Below, piece after piece: positions 13,571 through 27,608 of a stretch of 64,000 bases of DNA. The first letter of the stretch is position 1. Every line of letters starts with the position of its first letter. The DNA lies in NCBI RefSeq assembly GCF_964355755.1, contig NC_092676.1, positions 11,013,888 to 11,077,887 on the forward strand, in the 5' to 3' direction. The notes beneath the pieces are model-generated. The model searched no databases. It saw only the letters and a program-made list of their open reading frames with translations, and was not told the DNA's origin. The position numbers and the translations under genes were made by a program. The stretch is from Antedon mediterranea. Its lineage: Eukaryota; Animalia; Echinodermata.

Positions 13571-16500
13571 GAACAAAAGTCAGGCCAACCAGCCTAAAGC
13601 TACCAACCAGTGGCCCACTGTCTCCCAATAGCAGGAGTTCATCACCTGGATGTTCTGATACAACCTCAGATGCCAGTAGTTATGATCTCCCAGAACCAAT
13701 GAGGACTCCTACCAGTGGGGGACTGTACACAATCTGTTTCACAGGTAGTATGCATCTGGATGACATGATAAAATGTACATCAGAAAGAACGCAGCAGTAC
13801 ACAGATAGATCAAATTCACCAAGTTCAGTATCTTCAGCAAGCTACGATGATTCTCCAAACAACACTCTCACAAGAGGCAGTAGCATGTTGATGCAAACTT
13901 CAACACAAACTGCATCAGAATCATTGACACAAACATCTACAATACCTGTTGACAATCCCACCCATAGTGACCTTTGGAAAGAATTTGAAAATAGAAGTAT
14001 AGTTGAGAATTTTGAAGAGATTCCTCCTGGAAACCAAAACAGTGCATCAAAAATTAGTGAAGACCACCAAACAACTACACAATTGGTTAGAGCCACAAAG
14101 ACAGAGGACCAGCTTAGTCCAAGAAAAAGCTACTATGATCATCGATATGGAATTTTTGTTGTAGAAACACCAGAACACCATGAGAATATAGCATCACCAC
14201 CATTGTCTGCTGATAATGGAAAATATAATGTAACAAAAGACACATCTGATGGAACAACATGTTTCACTTTGACAACTGATGGGAAATATTTAGTTAAACC
14301 TAAGTCAAGCATTCCCACTCAAGAAAAAGTATCCAATGGCGGAAGACTTAGCCCTCCAAAGTTTGTAACACCATCGCCAAGGCTACAAAGAAAGACTGTC
14401 ATGACAACTGATTTAGATAGAGTATTGGAATGGAATGAAACAAGCTGTGGTCAGCCTGTTGTAATGGTTACAAAAACAAACCAACGGAAACCAAAGGAGC
14501 CCAGTAGACCTGCCATTAGCCAAGCTTCTACATCACAGATTGAAAAGTCGTCTCACAATTCAACATTACAGAATACTCTTCAAGAAAGAACAGAACCTAG
14601 TAACAAATCAAATGATATCTGGAAACGAAAGCTATCAGATGAAAAAAGAACAGAGACCGATATCGTTTGGCAAAAGCAGAGTCCTACACAAATGAGAGCA
14701 AATAAAATTATCAACAAAGATGTTCCAGATATAGCAAGTCCAAATGGATTTGGATCTGAAGGTTATGATACAATTAAACGATCACCTAGGCAAAAACAGC
14801 CTTCCACTAATTCTCAAACAAAATATACATCTGAGAGCATTCATGTTTCAATACCAACAATCCATTTTGGTGACAATTATACTCCTCTTCAGACAACTAT
14901 AAATACAAACCAGAACATAGCCAATCTTCAACAAAGTGATCAGCATGTTGAACAACCTAATTTTCTTGTTAACAATAATGACATTCAAAAGTCTACTAAT
15001 AATGGTCTCTTAAATATAAGTACTTCACCAAATCAAATTTCAGATGCACATATATCAAGTACACAGAATGAAGTAACTCATCAGAGTCCACTAGCATCAC
15101 CAGTCAAAGGTGATCGTACCTTGTTAGATTCCCCAGATTCAGATATTAACTCAGTCCAGAGTTCACCTTGCAATGCCTTGCCTGCAATAAATAATACTCT
15201 ATGTTCTAATCCAGAGCCAAGTCCGTCTGGGTCACCTGTAAAAAACAAAGACAATTTAGAAAGCAAACAAATAAAATCAAATTCAAATGCTACTAATAAC
15301 AGTACATTAAAAGAAATTAAGCAACCACCAATGATACACATACAACTACCTGGAACGAACCAAATTCTTCAGAGTGATAGCTACATTGAATTTGAAACTG
15401 GTTTTGGGATATCTAGTGACAAATTGTCAGGAAATGTATACTCATCGCTACACCAATCAAGGCGACATGACATATTTGTACAAGCAGAACCAAGTTTACA
15501 GTTGATATCACCAGTTGAAAAGAAAGCAAAAAATGATTCAAAAAATTCATTTAGAAACTCATATAAAGAAGAGCTTCAAAACAGTAACAATGACCCTGAT
15601 TTGGCAATTATTAGAGCTGCTGGAAAGATAGAACACGTCAGGCAACTAAGTATTACACCTCCTAAAACTAAACAGGATCAATCAAGTCACAGGATACCTT
15701 GTGAAATTAATTTTATAAATGGACTTGAAGCATCTAAATATCATAGTCCTTCAAAGAGAAGTGAGCAAGACAGTTCACCTAGACCCAATCGTAATAATAG
15801 TAATCATGTAGAGGAAGGAACACCATCATCTCCAACACAATATGTATTTGATCCGCACCGAAAACCTACTTTTTCAATTTTAAAGAAAAGGAATGGAGAG
15901 TCAGATAAATATTTTAAAAGTACTAGGAAAGAACGTTTATCGTTTTTGCAAGCAAGTAAACACAAGGTTAACGTTAAAAATGAAGATCTTTATAGAAAAG
16001 CTGTTATGGCATCTTTAAGCAATGCAAAGGGACCATTTGGATCTGATAACTCCATTAATTTGAATTCTATACCAACACGAGGTATCACATTTTCAGATAC
16101 AGTTATTGTTGATCATACTCCAGTCAAAGTTTGTCAGGTGTCTGGAAAGCCTCAGACATCCCTTGAAGATTTTCGGTTTCTTCTTCAACAACAATCTCTT
16201 TCACCTAGAACAGAATCGGCAGCTTCTGCCCTTAATGTCAGTGGTAAGAATAACCGGCACAATGCTACAGAATTACTAGTGAAGTCTGCATATATGGATC
16301 GTAGTCAGGTGAATGGATTCCCAGAAACTTCAGGTGGAATTAAAGTAGTTTCAATGTTTGACAGGAAGTTTATGGATGGGTCTGGAAATAGTAATTTAAA
16401 ATTTATACCAAACCCACCATCACTTGAATCTCCAACAGAAGGAACAAAGAATTTTCCAATGTTGTCTATTGAAGACTTGAAATGTCAGTCTAGACAGTCC

Positions 16501-16833
16501 TTACCTATTCCACCTCCAGATGCAACATTTAATTGGTTAAAAGGAGTTACTGCTTCTTCATCAGTGCCAGATAGGCCATCACCTGGTCCGTCAAGATCTC
16601 TACTCATGGAGGAGATAAGAAGGCAATCTGGATCAGTATCACGTCTGGTTGCAATTAATCACATAGATCAACAAGTAGATAAAAAGCAAACACTATCTGG
16701 GAATGAGAATGATGGCGGAAAACCTGAATTTCATGGTTTGTTTAATTCAATTTCAACTAAAGTCAAGAGATTGCCATTAGCAGAGAATGTGACAGAAAGT
16801 GAACATGAATATCCAACAGATGCATGGGATTGA
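13571..16833 (+). CDS. NHS/NHSL family, large Ser/Pro/Thr-rich terminal coding exon
   Basis: AG at 13569-70, phase 1 compatible with the upstream donor; uninterrupted ~3.26 kb frame ending TDAWD-TGA. Confidence 0.75.
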
Positions 16834-17617
16834 AGTGGTCCATCAACAATTCTATAAAGTAATTGAAAGTACCACATGTTTCTTGTATTATTTTTATTTT
16901 AATTGTGTTTTAACAGTTATCATAGAAAATTTTGTTTAAACACAAACAGTCCAGTCTAAATATAATTGGAAGGAAGATAAAGTATGTATCATAATTGATT
17001 TCAAATACAGTAATGTGACAAGCAGGATAATTTTAAATTCAATTATGTTATGTGTTATTCAAATGAAACTAACGGTGCCCAATATTGTGAATGTATAATG
17101 AGCCAAATTAATGTAAAACTATAAACGCATTATCTTAAAGTTCCATTGTGAAATAAGGTGCACAATAAATAGGATTAGGTGTATGTTTTTCATTATTTTT
17201 AGAATAATGAAGAAAAATGGTGTATAAATAATTAATAAATTTAATTTTCTAATTGCCTTTTAAACTCCACAAAAAGAATCTTTACTATTAAGGCTAGTAT
17301 TAAATCTGTTGATTATTGTTATTTTATCAAATGTCCCTAGTAATAGTAAATAAATGTTTTGTAAACATACTGTTAAAACTTCCCTTAAAACCCACTATAA
17401 TTGTCAGTACATACATTTCTCTAGTTCTTTTCTTGCACTGTTTAATATTAACATGATTTGCATTTTGTTAAAAATATTTCTACTTTCTAACCACACTTAA
17501 TTAAATACAATTACATTAATTCCACCACAATACAACACTGTAATTCATATGATCCAAGAAGTATTAGTTTATATTTTTTTTGTTTTGATCCTCCAACTAC
17601 AATAAAAGCATAGCAAC

Positions 17618-17750
17618 AACAAAGTAGAGAAACATCAACAGCAGAGAAACATCAACGGCAATGAAACATCAACAGCAGAGAAACATCAACAGCAATGAAA
17701 CATCAAAAGCAGAGAAACATCAACAGCAGAGAAGCATCAAAAGCAGAAAA
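17618..17750. repeat. 17-bp minisatellite (GAAACATCAACAGCAGA-like)
   Basis: About 7 degenerate tandem units visible. Confidence 0.8.
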
Positions 17751-17890
17751 TTGTTTTAGGCAAATTGGAAAGCAAATTAAACACAAGCACAAAAACTGTT
17801 TAGTTGACAGTCCATTGAGCACCAGTTTATTAGAATATGAATGCTGCACATACCAAACTCTGGTGTTATATTTACATGTAATCTTTCATA

Positions 17891-19217
17891 TTACATAAAA
17901 TTTCTTTTTGAACAACCAAAGATAGTATAAGCGAACTTACAGTACGTTTCGAAACCTATCAGGTTTCATTCTCAACTGGCGTTTCATCGTCTAGCGTTGT
18001 TAATCCCATGACGACGATGAGTTGGTATAGCGTCACCAATAGGTCCAAAAGGACGTGCCCCCCCCCCCCCCCCTTCTCCAATAGTTGATCATAAATGTGT
18101 GACAATTCGTGGGCTCCTTCATCTCTGTTCATGATTTTTCCATGTTTTCTGATGTTGATCGACTCTTTTATTTGCCTTTTTTGAGTGTTGCATTCTTTCT
18201 CAAGGATAGCAGCGTTCCAATCAATGAGGTGATTGTGTTGTAGTGCATGATCTGTTATTGCGGATTTATGTATGATTGATGATGTAGACGATCTTTGAGC
18301 CCTGGTTAAAATCCCTCCCGTGTTGTTTTCTGTGTCTGTGCGATGTTCTTTTATGCGTGTTTTTAAAGCCCTCCCTGTTTCCCCTATGTAAGCTTCGGGA
18401 CAGTTCAAACATTGTAGTTTGTAGATGCAACCGCATACTTGGTCTTTTTCGATGCGGTCTTTCGGATGAACGAGGTTTTGCCTGATCTTATTAGATGGGA
18501 TGAAAAAGGTGTCAATTTGATGTTGGTTGAAAATTCTTTTTATGCGTTCAGACAGACCTTTAGTGTATGGGATCCCGATGTTACAACGTGACTTATCTGT
18601 AGTAGATGTTGTACCTTTGCTGCGATTTTGATCAAGCTGTCGTTGCTGTTTTTGGAGTCGTTGTTTTTCTACCTTCTTGAATGTCCAATCTGGGTAGTCG
18701 CATTTCTTCAAAGCCTGTCTGATGTGATCCATTTCCTGTTTCTGTCCTTCAGGTTTTGAAACTATGTTTTCACATCTGTCCACACGCGTATTAATAACAC
18801 TGAGTTTGTGTTGTAATGGGTGATTTGACTTGAAATTTAAATACTGATCTGTGTGTGTCGGTTTTCTGTAGACTGAAGTTGTTAATGATCGGTTGCTTTG
18901 TAGTGTTATGAGAATGTCCAAAAAAGGAATGGTGGTGTTGGACATGCATTCGGTGGTGGATTTAATGTTTTGGGTAGTATCAATGTTGTTTAAGTGAGTG
19001 TTTAGATCGGGGCACGTCCTTTTGGACCTATTGGTGGCGCTATACCAACTCATCGTCGTCATGTGATTAACAACGCTAGACTCGACGATGAAACGCCAGT
19101 TGAGAATGAAACCTGATAGGTTTCGAAACGTACTGTAAGTTCGCTTATACTATCTTTGGTTGTTCAAAAAGAAATTTTATGTAATACCTATTCCACAACC
19201 AGATGAAATTCTTCTAA
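17891..19217 (-). mobile_element. 5'-truncated Penelope-like element with inverted pseudo-LTR
   Basis: RT thumb (PFLDILI, VYRKPTHTDQYL) and GIY-YIG (CIYKLQC..YIGETGR) in ORF 17959-19062. ~170-bp inverted repeat 17889-18060 / 19009-19186. 12-bp TSD TAATCTTTCATA (17879-17890, 19218-19229). Confidence 0.9.
19097..19135 (+). ncRNA. Penelope-type minimal hammerhead ribozyme motif (mirror copy on - strand at 17940-17978)
   Basis: CAG-TTGAGAAT-GAAACCT/GAT/AGGTTTC-GAAA-CGTA-CTG: variant core, stem II hairpin, GAAA and palindromic ACGT. Confidence 0.6.
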
Positions 19218-20096
19218 TAATCTTTCATAGTCATTCCAATTATTTAATTTTTGTTTATATTTAATTTAATTTATATGGTAGCAAATTAAATGTTTATAGT
19301 CCATTTACAGTGCTCATATGCAAAAATGTATTTTATTTGCATATTAATATTCAGGTGGATAACAAAACTAAAACTACTGTATCTGTATATTGGGGAAAAC
19401 CATGTTTAAACTTCCAAACGCCAGATGTTTCAGGAGGACAATCCATAACTTTTAATAATAAGTATATAGTAGTATTGTGATCACTTTTGTGCAATGAATC
19501 AGTACATAATTATATGTGGTGATGATGACACATATTCATAAAATCTACATCATCTTTTTGAGGTCATGTGGATATGTTACTTAAATTACTTGGATATTCC
19601 CAAAATGATGATAAACTAAAGTTGTTCAAATTGCAATGTTGTGTTCTACTCAAAACAGTTTTCAGTGCAATTGTAAGTTTAAAGTTATTATCTATTTCCC
19701 ATTAAAAGTGCAGAATATCCAGAATATCATAAACTGTGTGCTGTTTGTAAATACAAAAAATGACATGCTATTAAATTAGTAAGTACATATAGAATATTGA
19801 CCGAAATATAATTTTAAAAAAAAACCTTGATGTGAAACTGGTTGTGGACATGCTTGTGCAAAATATTTTTTATTTTGGAGGTTGTAGTCCAATCTATTAG
19901 TGATATATTGTATTGTATAACTATGTGTCCAAAAGTCACCAGTACTACAAACCAGACCTTTATATTGGGCCTACTTCAATGTTCATGCCTCTAGACAATA
20001 AAAGTATGTCAATATTTAAATATACTGTACATTGGTATTTCAGTCCTTTGACTTTCAAAAGCTTACAGATAATTTACAATGATTGTTTTTTTAGTA

Positions 20097-20285
20097 CAGT
20101 CAACTCTCCCAATACCGGACACATTTGGGCCGGCCAAATAAGTCTGGTTTTCCGGAAAGTCTGGTATCATTCGGAATGTGTTTTTAATGGTAAATATAAA
20201 TTTGGGACCTTTTGGTCCTCAAAAAAAGTCTAGTATTGGGAGAGTTTCTGGTTTTCAGAGAGTCCGGTATTGGGAGAGTTGACTG
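20097..20285. mobile_element. Tc1/mariner/pogo-type MITE
   Basis: TIR CAGTCAACTCTCCCAATACCGGAC with TA flanks (20095-96, 20286-87). Confidence 0.85.
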
Positions 20286-22540
20286 TACATGTAGTTATAA
20301 TATTCCGATATTTATTGTGCAATTTATAAATATTAAGAAGTGTAATTTGTTGTAATTTTGAATGTTAACTTCTTTTGACTAAATTAATACAAAATATGGA
20401 AGTATTTTTAATAATGTGTTACTGCTAATTACCATTAAAAGGGGAATTGCTGAGTTTAAAATCATTATTGTTTAATAAGAAAATATGAGCATACAACCAC
20501 ATAACTCCTCGGTGAAAATAAGACTGTTCAGTGGCTACATGTTTTCATTTGTTAGAGAAGATAAAATAAAAATATAACCTTCAATTATCAAGTTTTACAT
20601 TATTACTATTACTACCAAAGACATGTTAAGGTCTTCTCTCATTATGCAGCTCCTTCTGTTTCACTAATGTTGGAAGACTAGTGACAGTATTCAATGTGGT
20701 ATAAGTTATATTTTGTGATAAACAATAACAATTTTGATCATAGAGAGGTACCCAATAGGACAACAAGTATGAATGTTAGTGTAGAAAGCATTATTCATGT
20801 ATAATCACTGTTGCAATTTCTATTTTATTTTGACAAAAATATGTACTTTGTTATACATTTTATATTAGCACAATATATTGATTTTATTACAGTGTAGATG
20901 GTAGCAAGAATTACATTGAGTAATTTCTGATAATTTATTATTGTTTTAATTAGAAAATTTAAAGATCTTCATGAAGATCAACATTTAGCTATGGTCGGTA
21001 ATTAGTAACTAATATCTGTGCTATTTAAACATGATTCAATTTTAGTAGATTTGAATGTTATCTCTATATTTTATACGAATAATAATATCTGAAGCGTGGT
21101 GTTTAAAGCATGTATTAGTGTAGTAAGTAATTCTTAAGACTATTATACTATCTACATATTATACAATCATTTGAAATATAGTTCCATTGTAAAAGAAAGC
21201 TTCAAGATTTGCCAACAATTCCTTTCTGGTAATAAGCACACAAAATTGCCTTATTAATAAAGAACAATATACATTGGTCAAGTTGGTAATTGGTTAAATT
21301 ATAGTTTTGTAGATATTTTGGTCAATAGTCTCAACACTGTAGAAAGAAACCACACTCCGGACTCTCGGATCAGTGGTAGTATTTTTAGTAAAATCTTTTT
21401 AAAGAAATGTTTGATAATGTGATTAAGGTGTCAAAATGAATAGAGACAATGCTCCGTTTCGGTCTATTGGAGATACATTTACCAAGTTTTGATTTTTTTT
21501 TCCCATCTACTATCATTCCTTGTAGATATTTTAACAAAAATTGTAAATATAATTGTTAACTATACAATATATTGACATTTTATTGTGTGTGATATTTTTT
21601 GTCTATGTTGTTAATTTCCAAAGAAATCAATTACGGTAATAATATTTAAAAATAAACTGTATGTTGTATGAATAAATATGTAAACAGTTAATATAAATTT
21701 ATGTATAGATATAGTCGATTTTATGCAAGCTTAATTGTAAATCATGTTATAAACTATAGTGATAAATGTATCTATAGGGCTATTGATAGAATGTTTGATA
21801 TCCATATCACAGCGATTAGAAGTAAGAGATTATGTAATCTAATTGTGAAATGCATTTAAACATCGTATCTTCGTATCTCAAAGATTACCTGAGATTTATT
21901 TTATTAGATTTGTCTTGTTTTTAACTTATTTAAGCACTTTGTTTACATTATGATTTAAGTTATGTTATTTACTTATTTTTATCTTGGGCCATTTTTAATT
22001 CTTGTATAGTTGAATAGTACTGTATACAGTACTTTTTGAATATAAAGAAGTCCTGTAGAAGAGTTTACTCGAATAGGAGAAAATAAAGGATACGGATCAA
22101 TACGTTGTTTGATAATATGTTTGAATGCTGTATTGTCACTTTAGGCCATAGTAAAATACAATAAAAATAGTGTTGTGCTTAAAAGAAATATTTGCACCTC
22201 TAATCTATATTGACAACAGGACATACATTAAGCGTGAGGTAACTTATTATCGACCGATGATTTTGTCATGGCTTTTCTGGGCATTGATTTTATTGAAATG
22301 TTAATATTTTTGGTTTTCCGCACTTTTCTATCTTATTCTTAATTCTTTCCCAGAATTTTGTTCCACGTGTATCTCAAATTTTTGTGGACATAACATCGTT
22401 CATGATGTGCAGGAAACGTTGTTATATGACGTTAGAGTCGCGCAGCGTAAGTTATGGTTGCTCATAAATTCTGAGCAAAAATATGGAGCAACTTTTGACA
22501 TGATAAAAATGGCGAGCTACGCAAAAAATTACGCGAGTAC

Positions 22541-22646
22541 GGTAGTTGTCCTAGAGGGTAGTTGTCCTAGGGGGTAGTTGTCCTAAGAGGGTGGTTGTCC
22601 AGGGGGTTATTGTCCGGGTGGTAGTTGTCCAGGGGGTAGTTGTCCT
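22541..22646. repeat. 15-17-bp tandem repeat GGTAGTTGTCCTAGGG
   Basis: About 7 units; the same motif recurs at 23750-23980. Confidence 0.8.
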
Positions 22647-23749
22647 CTTTGATCAAGCACCCTCTCTGTTAACACGATCACATTAAGTTGAAGACAATTT
22701 TTCGTATTTTTCCGTCACCGATTTCCATCCTAACACAACATTTTTACAAGTAGTACAAAATTAATTTCTAATCAATTTCGCGTTCATTTTAGGTCATTTT
22801 GAGCATTTCAAATTTGTTTAATTTTTGCGTTTTGCGTACGCGCTGGTGCGCACAAATTTGTTTTTCATACAACCTGTAGTAGATTTCATTCATTTTGATT
22901 AACGTTAATTCCAAAATAACGACGCATGTACACGTTAAACTTTAATAATCGTGTGCTAAATAATAGGGAACTTAATGAAAATTTGTGCAAAAATATACCT
23001 ATTTTTAATCAGTTATAGCTCCTCATGATGGCTGGTTACCCAATTTTTTAACCCGAACTCGTCAAAGTGACGAGTTCAAATCTAGTTTACTGTTTAAAAT
23101 TGTATTTTCAGTATTCGTATAGAAAGGATTTCTTTTCAAAATACAAAGAGGTCTTTAAATGATTATAGGTGTCGAAATACTGGTATAGGCCCGATTAAAG
23201 TAAATTGGAAGGCTAATCCATGTATTGCGCTATACGACAAATGGTGGACGCACATTTTGATCATGAATGATTATTATAAAACACTAATTGTTTAAATAAT
23301 CCATTTCTTGTAATGGGAATCGTTGATGGTACCAACGAACTTGTTTTGATAGTGAAAACTATTACAAGTTCCCCTTTTCAATGTATTTATTTTGAAAGGT
23401 TAATTAGAACTAGATTCTAGTTGGGGTAGCAAAGTGCTCATTTAGCCGTTAAAACGCTGTATTTAGTCGCGTGCAACGCGACTCTACAGGTCACTATGTC
23501 GGTCGGTTGATCGGTAAACACTAACTTGAGCACGCGACTGCCATGTATTATGGCCTTTAGTTCAACTGCTATGCCCCTAGGACAACAACACCCTCTTAAC
23601 AACCACACCAATATCATGACATCTACATCTCGTTCACACACAATTTGATTTTACAATATAATTGGCACCAAAGGAAGCAGCTTGTTAATTTGGTTGCCAA
23701 TCGTAGTTGTCCAAAGCTGTTGTTGTAATTTTCCTAGTGTGTAGTAAGA

Positions 23750-23980
23750 GGGTAGTTTTCCTAGGGGGTAGTTTTCCTAGGGGTTAGTTTTCCTAGGGGG
23801 TAATTGTCCTAGAGGGTACTTGTCCTAGAGGGTAGTTGTCCTAGGGGATAATTGTCCTAGGGGGTAGTTTAGTTTAGTTTAGTTATAATGGGAAAGTTTA
23901 GGCGAGTGCCTTTTTAACCCCGTATCAACTACATTGTGTCGATGCGATTCTTGAAGGTGTTAGGGGGGTAGTTGTCCTAG
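23750..23980. repeat. GGTAGTTGTCCTAGGG tandem repeat, second block
   Basis: About 8 units, interrupted near 23870-23960. Confidence 0.75.
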
Positions 23981-25074
23981 TAGGGTGATGATGATGACGT
24001 TATCAAACAAAAACTTGAAGATGACAATTTCGGAAGATAATGAATTTAACAAATAAATATAAGATTTGGAAGAAAATTTGGCACGTAGAAGCGCAGTGCG
24101 CCCTATTTAAAAATTGTTTAACTTTGACGAATAGATGAAAAAAACTACTTTTTAACTTCAACTGGCCATTATGATAACGTCACAACATCCGATAGGCTTA
24201 ATTTTTATATGAATTCATATCTACATTTCATCAGCTTTCATAATAAGTTATAATAACCAACCAACCTTTAATTCTGAAGACCTGCAAGATATCCAAATAT
24301 ACGGCGTGTGCATGTTCTGCATAGAAATTAACTACTGTAACAATAGCTAGAACTAGCTGATTAAAAGTTGAAGATTTCATGTCTAAGTGGCTGTAATGTA
24401 CCGATTTACAATACAAATAAGTGAGAGAGACAAGTTCTGTTATAGTTGAAAGCTACAACTGAAGTGTTTATTCTTTATTCTACTATATATAATAATATAT
24501 GTAATGGGTAATTAATCTGTCAAGGTGGAATGTTTAGTGGTCTCAGCAGAGGGTCTACTTTAGCCATTAGTGACCATTAAGTAGCCAAGGATTAGGAGTA
24601 TAGAAGTGGGTTAACATAATATATATGGCAACAGGTGAAGGAAGTATAAATAAATGGTAGCAAGTAAAACAATTCTAAGCTATTTATTTATAATTTGATT
24701 AAAGCACTCACTTTAAATGTATATGGTATAATGCACTGTATAAAGTAAAATATAAGATAAAAATTTTAAATTTCCAGTAATAATGTCCATAAAAGTTTCT
24801 ATATTTCAGTTATTAAGAATGTCCATATCTTTCCGGCGGTTTTCTATCGCGAGTAAGGTATACTCTTCGCTGAGCAGTCATAAGCTGTGCTTCGACAGTT
24901 GATTGTGATGTTTCCACTGTTCTATTTGGATTAATGAGCATTGGAGGTAATTTTGCAGGATCATCTTTGTTATTTAAGCTGTTTTTCCTGAGGTTGAACA
25001 GGCCTATAACGCTTCCTGATATGGTCGGCATGACGACGACAAACTCGTCCATCTTCTAGTTTTATCTTGAATGA

Positions 25075-27507
25075 GATATATAGATATAGATATCGATTGG
25101 TCAGTAGTTACCTCTATCGGAGATGTAAATGAAGCTCTGTATAAATTTAATGCATTACTTTTGGCTGCTATTGATTCCATTGCCCCCCTTAAAAACATTA
25201 GGATGAAACAAAGAACGGAACCATGGTTAACTAGAGAAATATTACAAGACATTGAAACCAGAGATAAATTATTAAATATGTATAATAAAAACAAGAATAA
25301 TACCGACTTATTAATACAATTTCGCAAACTAAGAAATAAAATACAGCGTGATATAAATAAAGCTAAATCAAATCATTTGTTAAACAAGGCTGAAGAAAAT
25401 AAAAATAACCCTAAAAAATTATGGAAAATGTTTAAAGGTCTAGGCTATAGTAATACATCTAAGGATAGTGATAAAACGGTTATTGACCTGCCCAATGGTA
25501 CTAAATGTTTCGACCCAGCCAAAATTGCTTCTTGCTTCAACGAATATTTTACTACTATTGCAGCCAATTTGGTCAGTAAACTTCCATCCCCTAAGAATGT
25601 GTATGACTGTGCGTCGTCCAAACTTAAGGATTTCTATAGAACCGTTAGTGGCAATAACTTTATGCTCAACTCAGTGGACGAAGACTTTATATATAGTGAA
25701 TTAAACAAACTTAATGCGACAAAAAGCACGGGTGTCGATAAGATACCTCTCCGCTTCATAAAAGATGGGGCTGAAATTCTAAAAGTTCCCATTACCTACA
25801 TAATTAATTTATCAATTAGTACCAGTACAGTCCCAGAAGACATGAAAAAGGCCAAGGTCATACCTCTTTATAAAAAAAGGTAGTAGAACCGATATTGGAA
25901 ACTATCGCCCTATAAGTATACTCAGTACAATGTCTAAAATTTTAGAGAAGGCTGTTTTTATTCAAATCGAAAAATACCTTACTGAAAACAACGTATTGTA
26001 TAAATATCAATCTGGATTTCGAGCTGCCGTCTCTACTGACACATGTTTGATAGACTTAGTTGATTCCCTTAAAACCCAAACTTCTAAGGGAAATTTCTCG
26101 GGTATGGTGTTGGTCGATTTAAAGAAGGCATTTGACACTGTAGATCATGACATTTTATGTAATAAGCTTAAATTAATGGGTATTGGATCTATTGAATGGT
26201 TCAAATCTTACTTATCAATAAGAAAGCAAATAGTAACTGTTGATGATCATCAATCTTGTACTGTTACATGCGGGGTTCCTCAAGGAAGTATCCTTGGACC
26301 CCTTTTGTTCTTATGTTTTGTTAATGACATGGTAACTTGTATTGATCCTGATTGTAAACTCCTTCTATACGCTGATGACAGTGCAATTGTTTATTCACAC
26401 AGAAATCCAGATATTATTTCTAAGAAGCTAGGGTCAACACTAGACTCCTTGTGTGATTGGCTTGTAGACAATAAATTAACAATTAACCTGGATAAAACTG
26501 AGTGTATACTATTTGGTTCTAAGAGAAAAACTAAACATGTTAACAATTTTAATGTCTCAACAAATGGTAACAATATCAACACTAGTAATTGTGTCAAGTA
26601 TCTGCAGGGTATTGAAATTGATCAAAATTTAACGTGTTCTGAATATGCATGTAAAACCATTGAGAAAATTAATAATAGGCTTAAGTTTATGTACCGCCAA
26701 CGTAAGATACTAAGTTGTAAGAATCGTAAACTATTATGCTCTGCTCTCATCCAATGTGTTTTTGATTATGCTGCATCTTCTTGGTTCTGTGGAACCAGTA
26801 AAGCTATCCAAAGAAAACTACAAATTGCTCAAAACAAAATGGTTAGACTCATAAAAGGAGTTGAACCCAGAAGACATATAGGTGCTGATCAATTAGACGA
26901 TTATGGATTGTTAAATGTAAAATATCGAGTAAAGTTCTTGCAAATTAGCCAAGTTCATAAAATATTTATGGGCAGAAGTGCTTCATACCTAAACGAAAAC
27001 TTTCGTAGAGTTAATAACTTACATGGTCACTTCACTCGTGGTAGTAAACTCAATTTTGTTGTACCTAAAGTCCAAGGCATAGAATGTAATACATTCTATT
27101 TTAATGCAATCAGAGAATGGAATAACCTTCCTGACTATATTAAACAAATTTCCAACACATATAAATTTAAAACTGAATTGAAACAATATTACAAAATTAA
27201 ACATAGATAAATTATTATTGTGCCATTATATCAGATGTTTTGTTTATATGCTTATTATGAACCCCGTCTTATAATGTTTGTTTTGTTAAAATTATAATTA
27301 CTATCTTTTTAGGGACCACATTGGAATTAAGTTGTTTTACTTTAAACGACTTTATGTGTTTTCCCGTGCATCGTCAGACTTCATTAATCCCGCCATTTTT
27401 ATTTGCTTTTTTAATGTATATTAATATTTAAGGTGATTATATATATTATTGATGTATTTTTAATGTTATTTATTGAGATGCCAAATAAATTAAAGAAAGA
27501 AAGAAAG
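25075..27507 (+). mobile_element. 5'-truncated CR1/L2-group LINE inserted in the Gypsy integrase tail
   Basis: ORF2 fragments 25071-25883 and 25930-27210 (KAFD, GVPQGSILGP, YADD, WNNLP), frameshift at an A-run near 25875. AATAAA then (GAAA)n tail. Confidence 0.88.
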
Positions 27508-27608
27508 ATGGGACCGGATTTTAATATTATTGTTCCGGGTAACCATTTTGAATTTTGTCCTCTAAAGTTCTTTATATACACCTGTAATTGGACCTGGGGA
27601 GCCGGGAC

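Noticed and set aside
12967-15341. Antisense ORFs over the NHS-like exons
   Set aside because: Short shadow frames of the + strand coding sequence.
19006-19062. Apparent N-terminus MTTMSWYS.. of the Penelope ORF
   Set aside because: Derived from the inverted pLTR fused to a 5'-truncated ORF, so not the native start.
22541-23980. Regular short repeats as a CRISPR array
   Set aside because: Units are tandem with no unique spacers; eukaryotic context and no cas genes.
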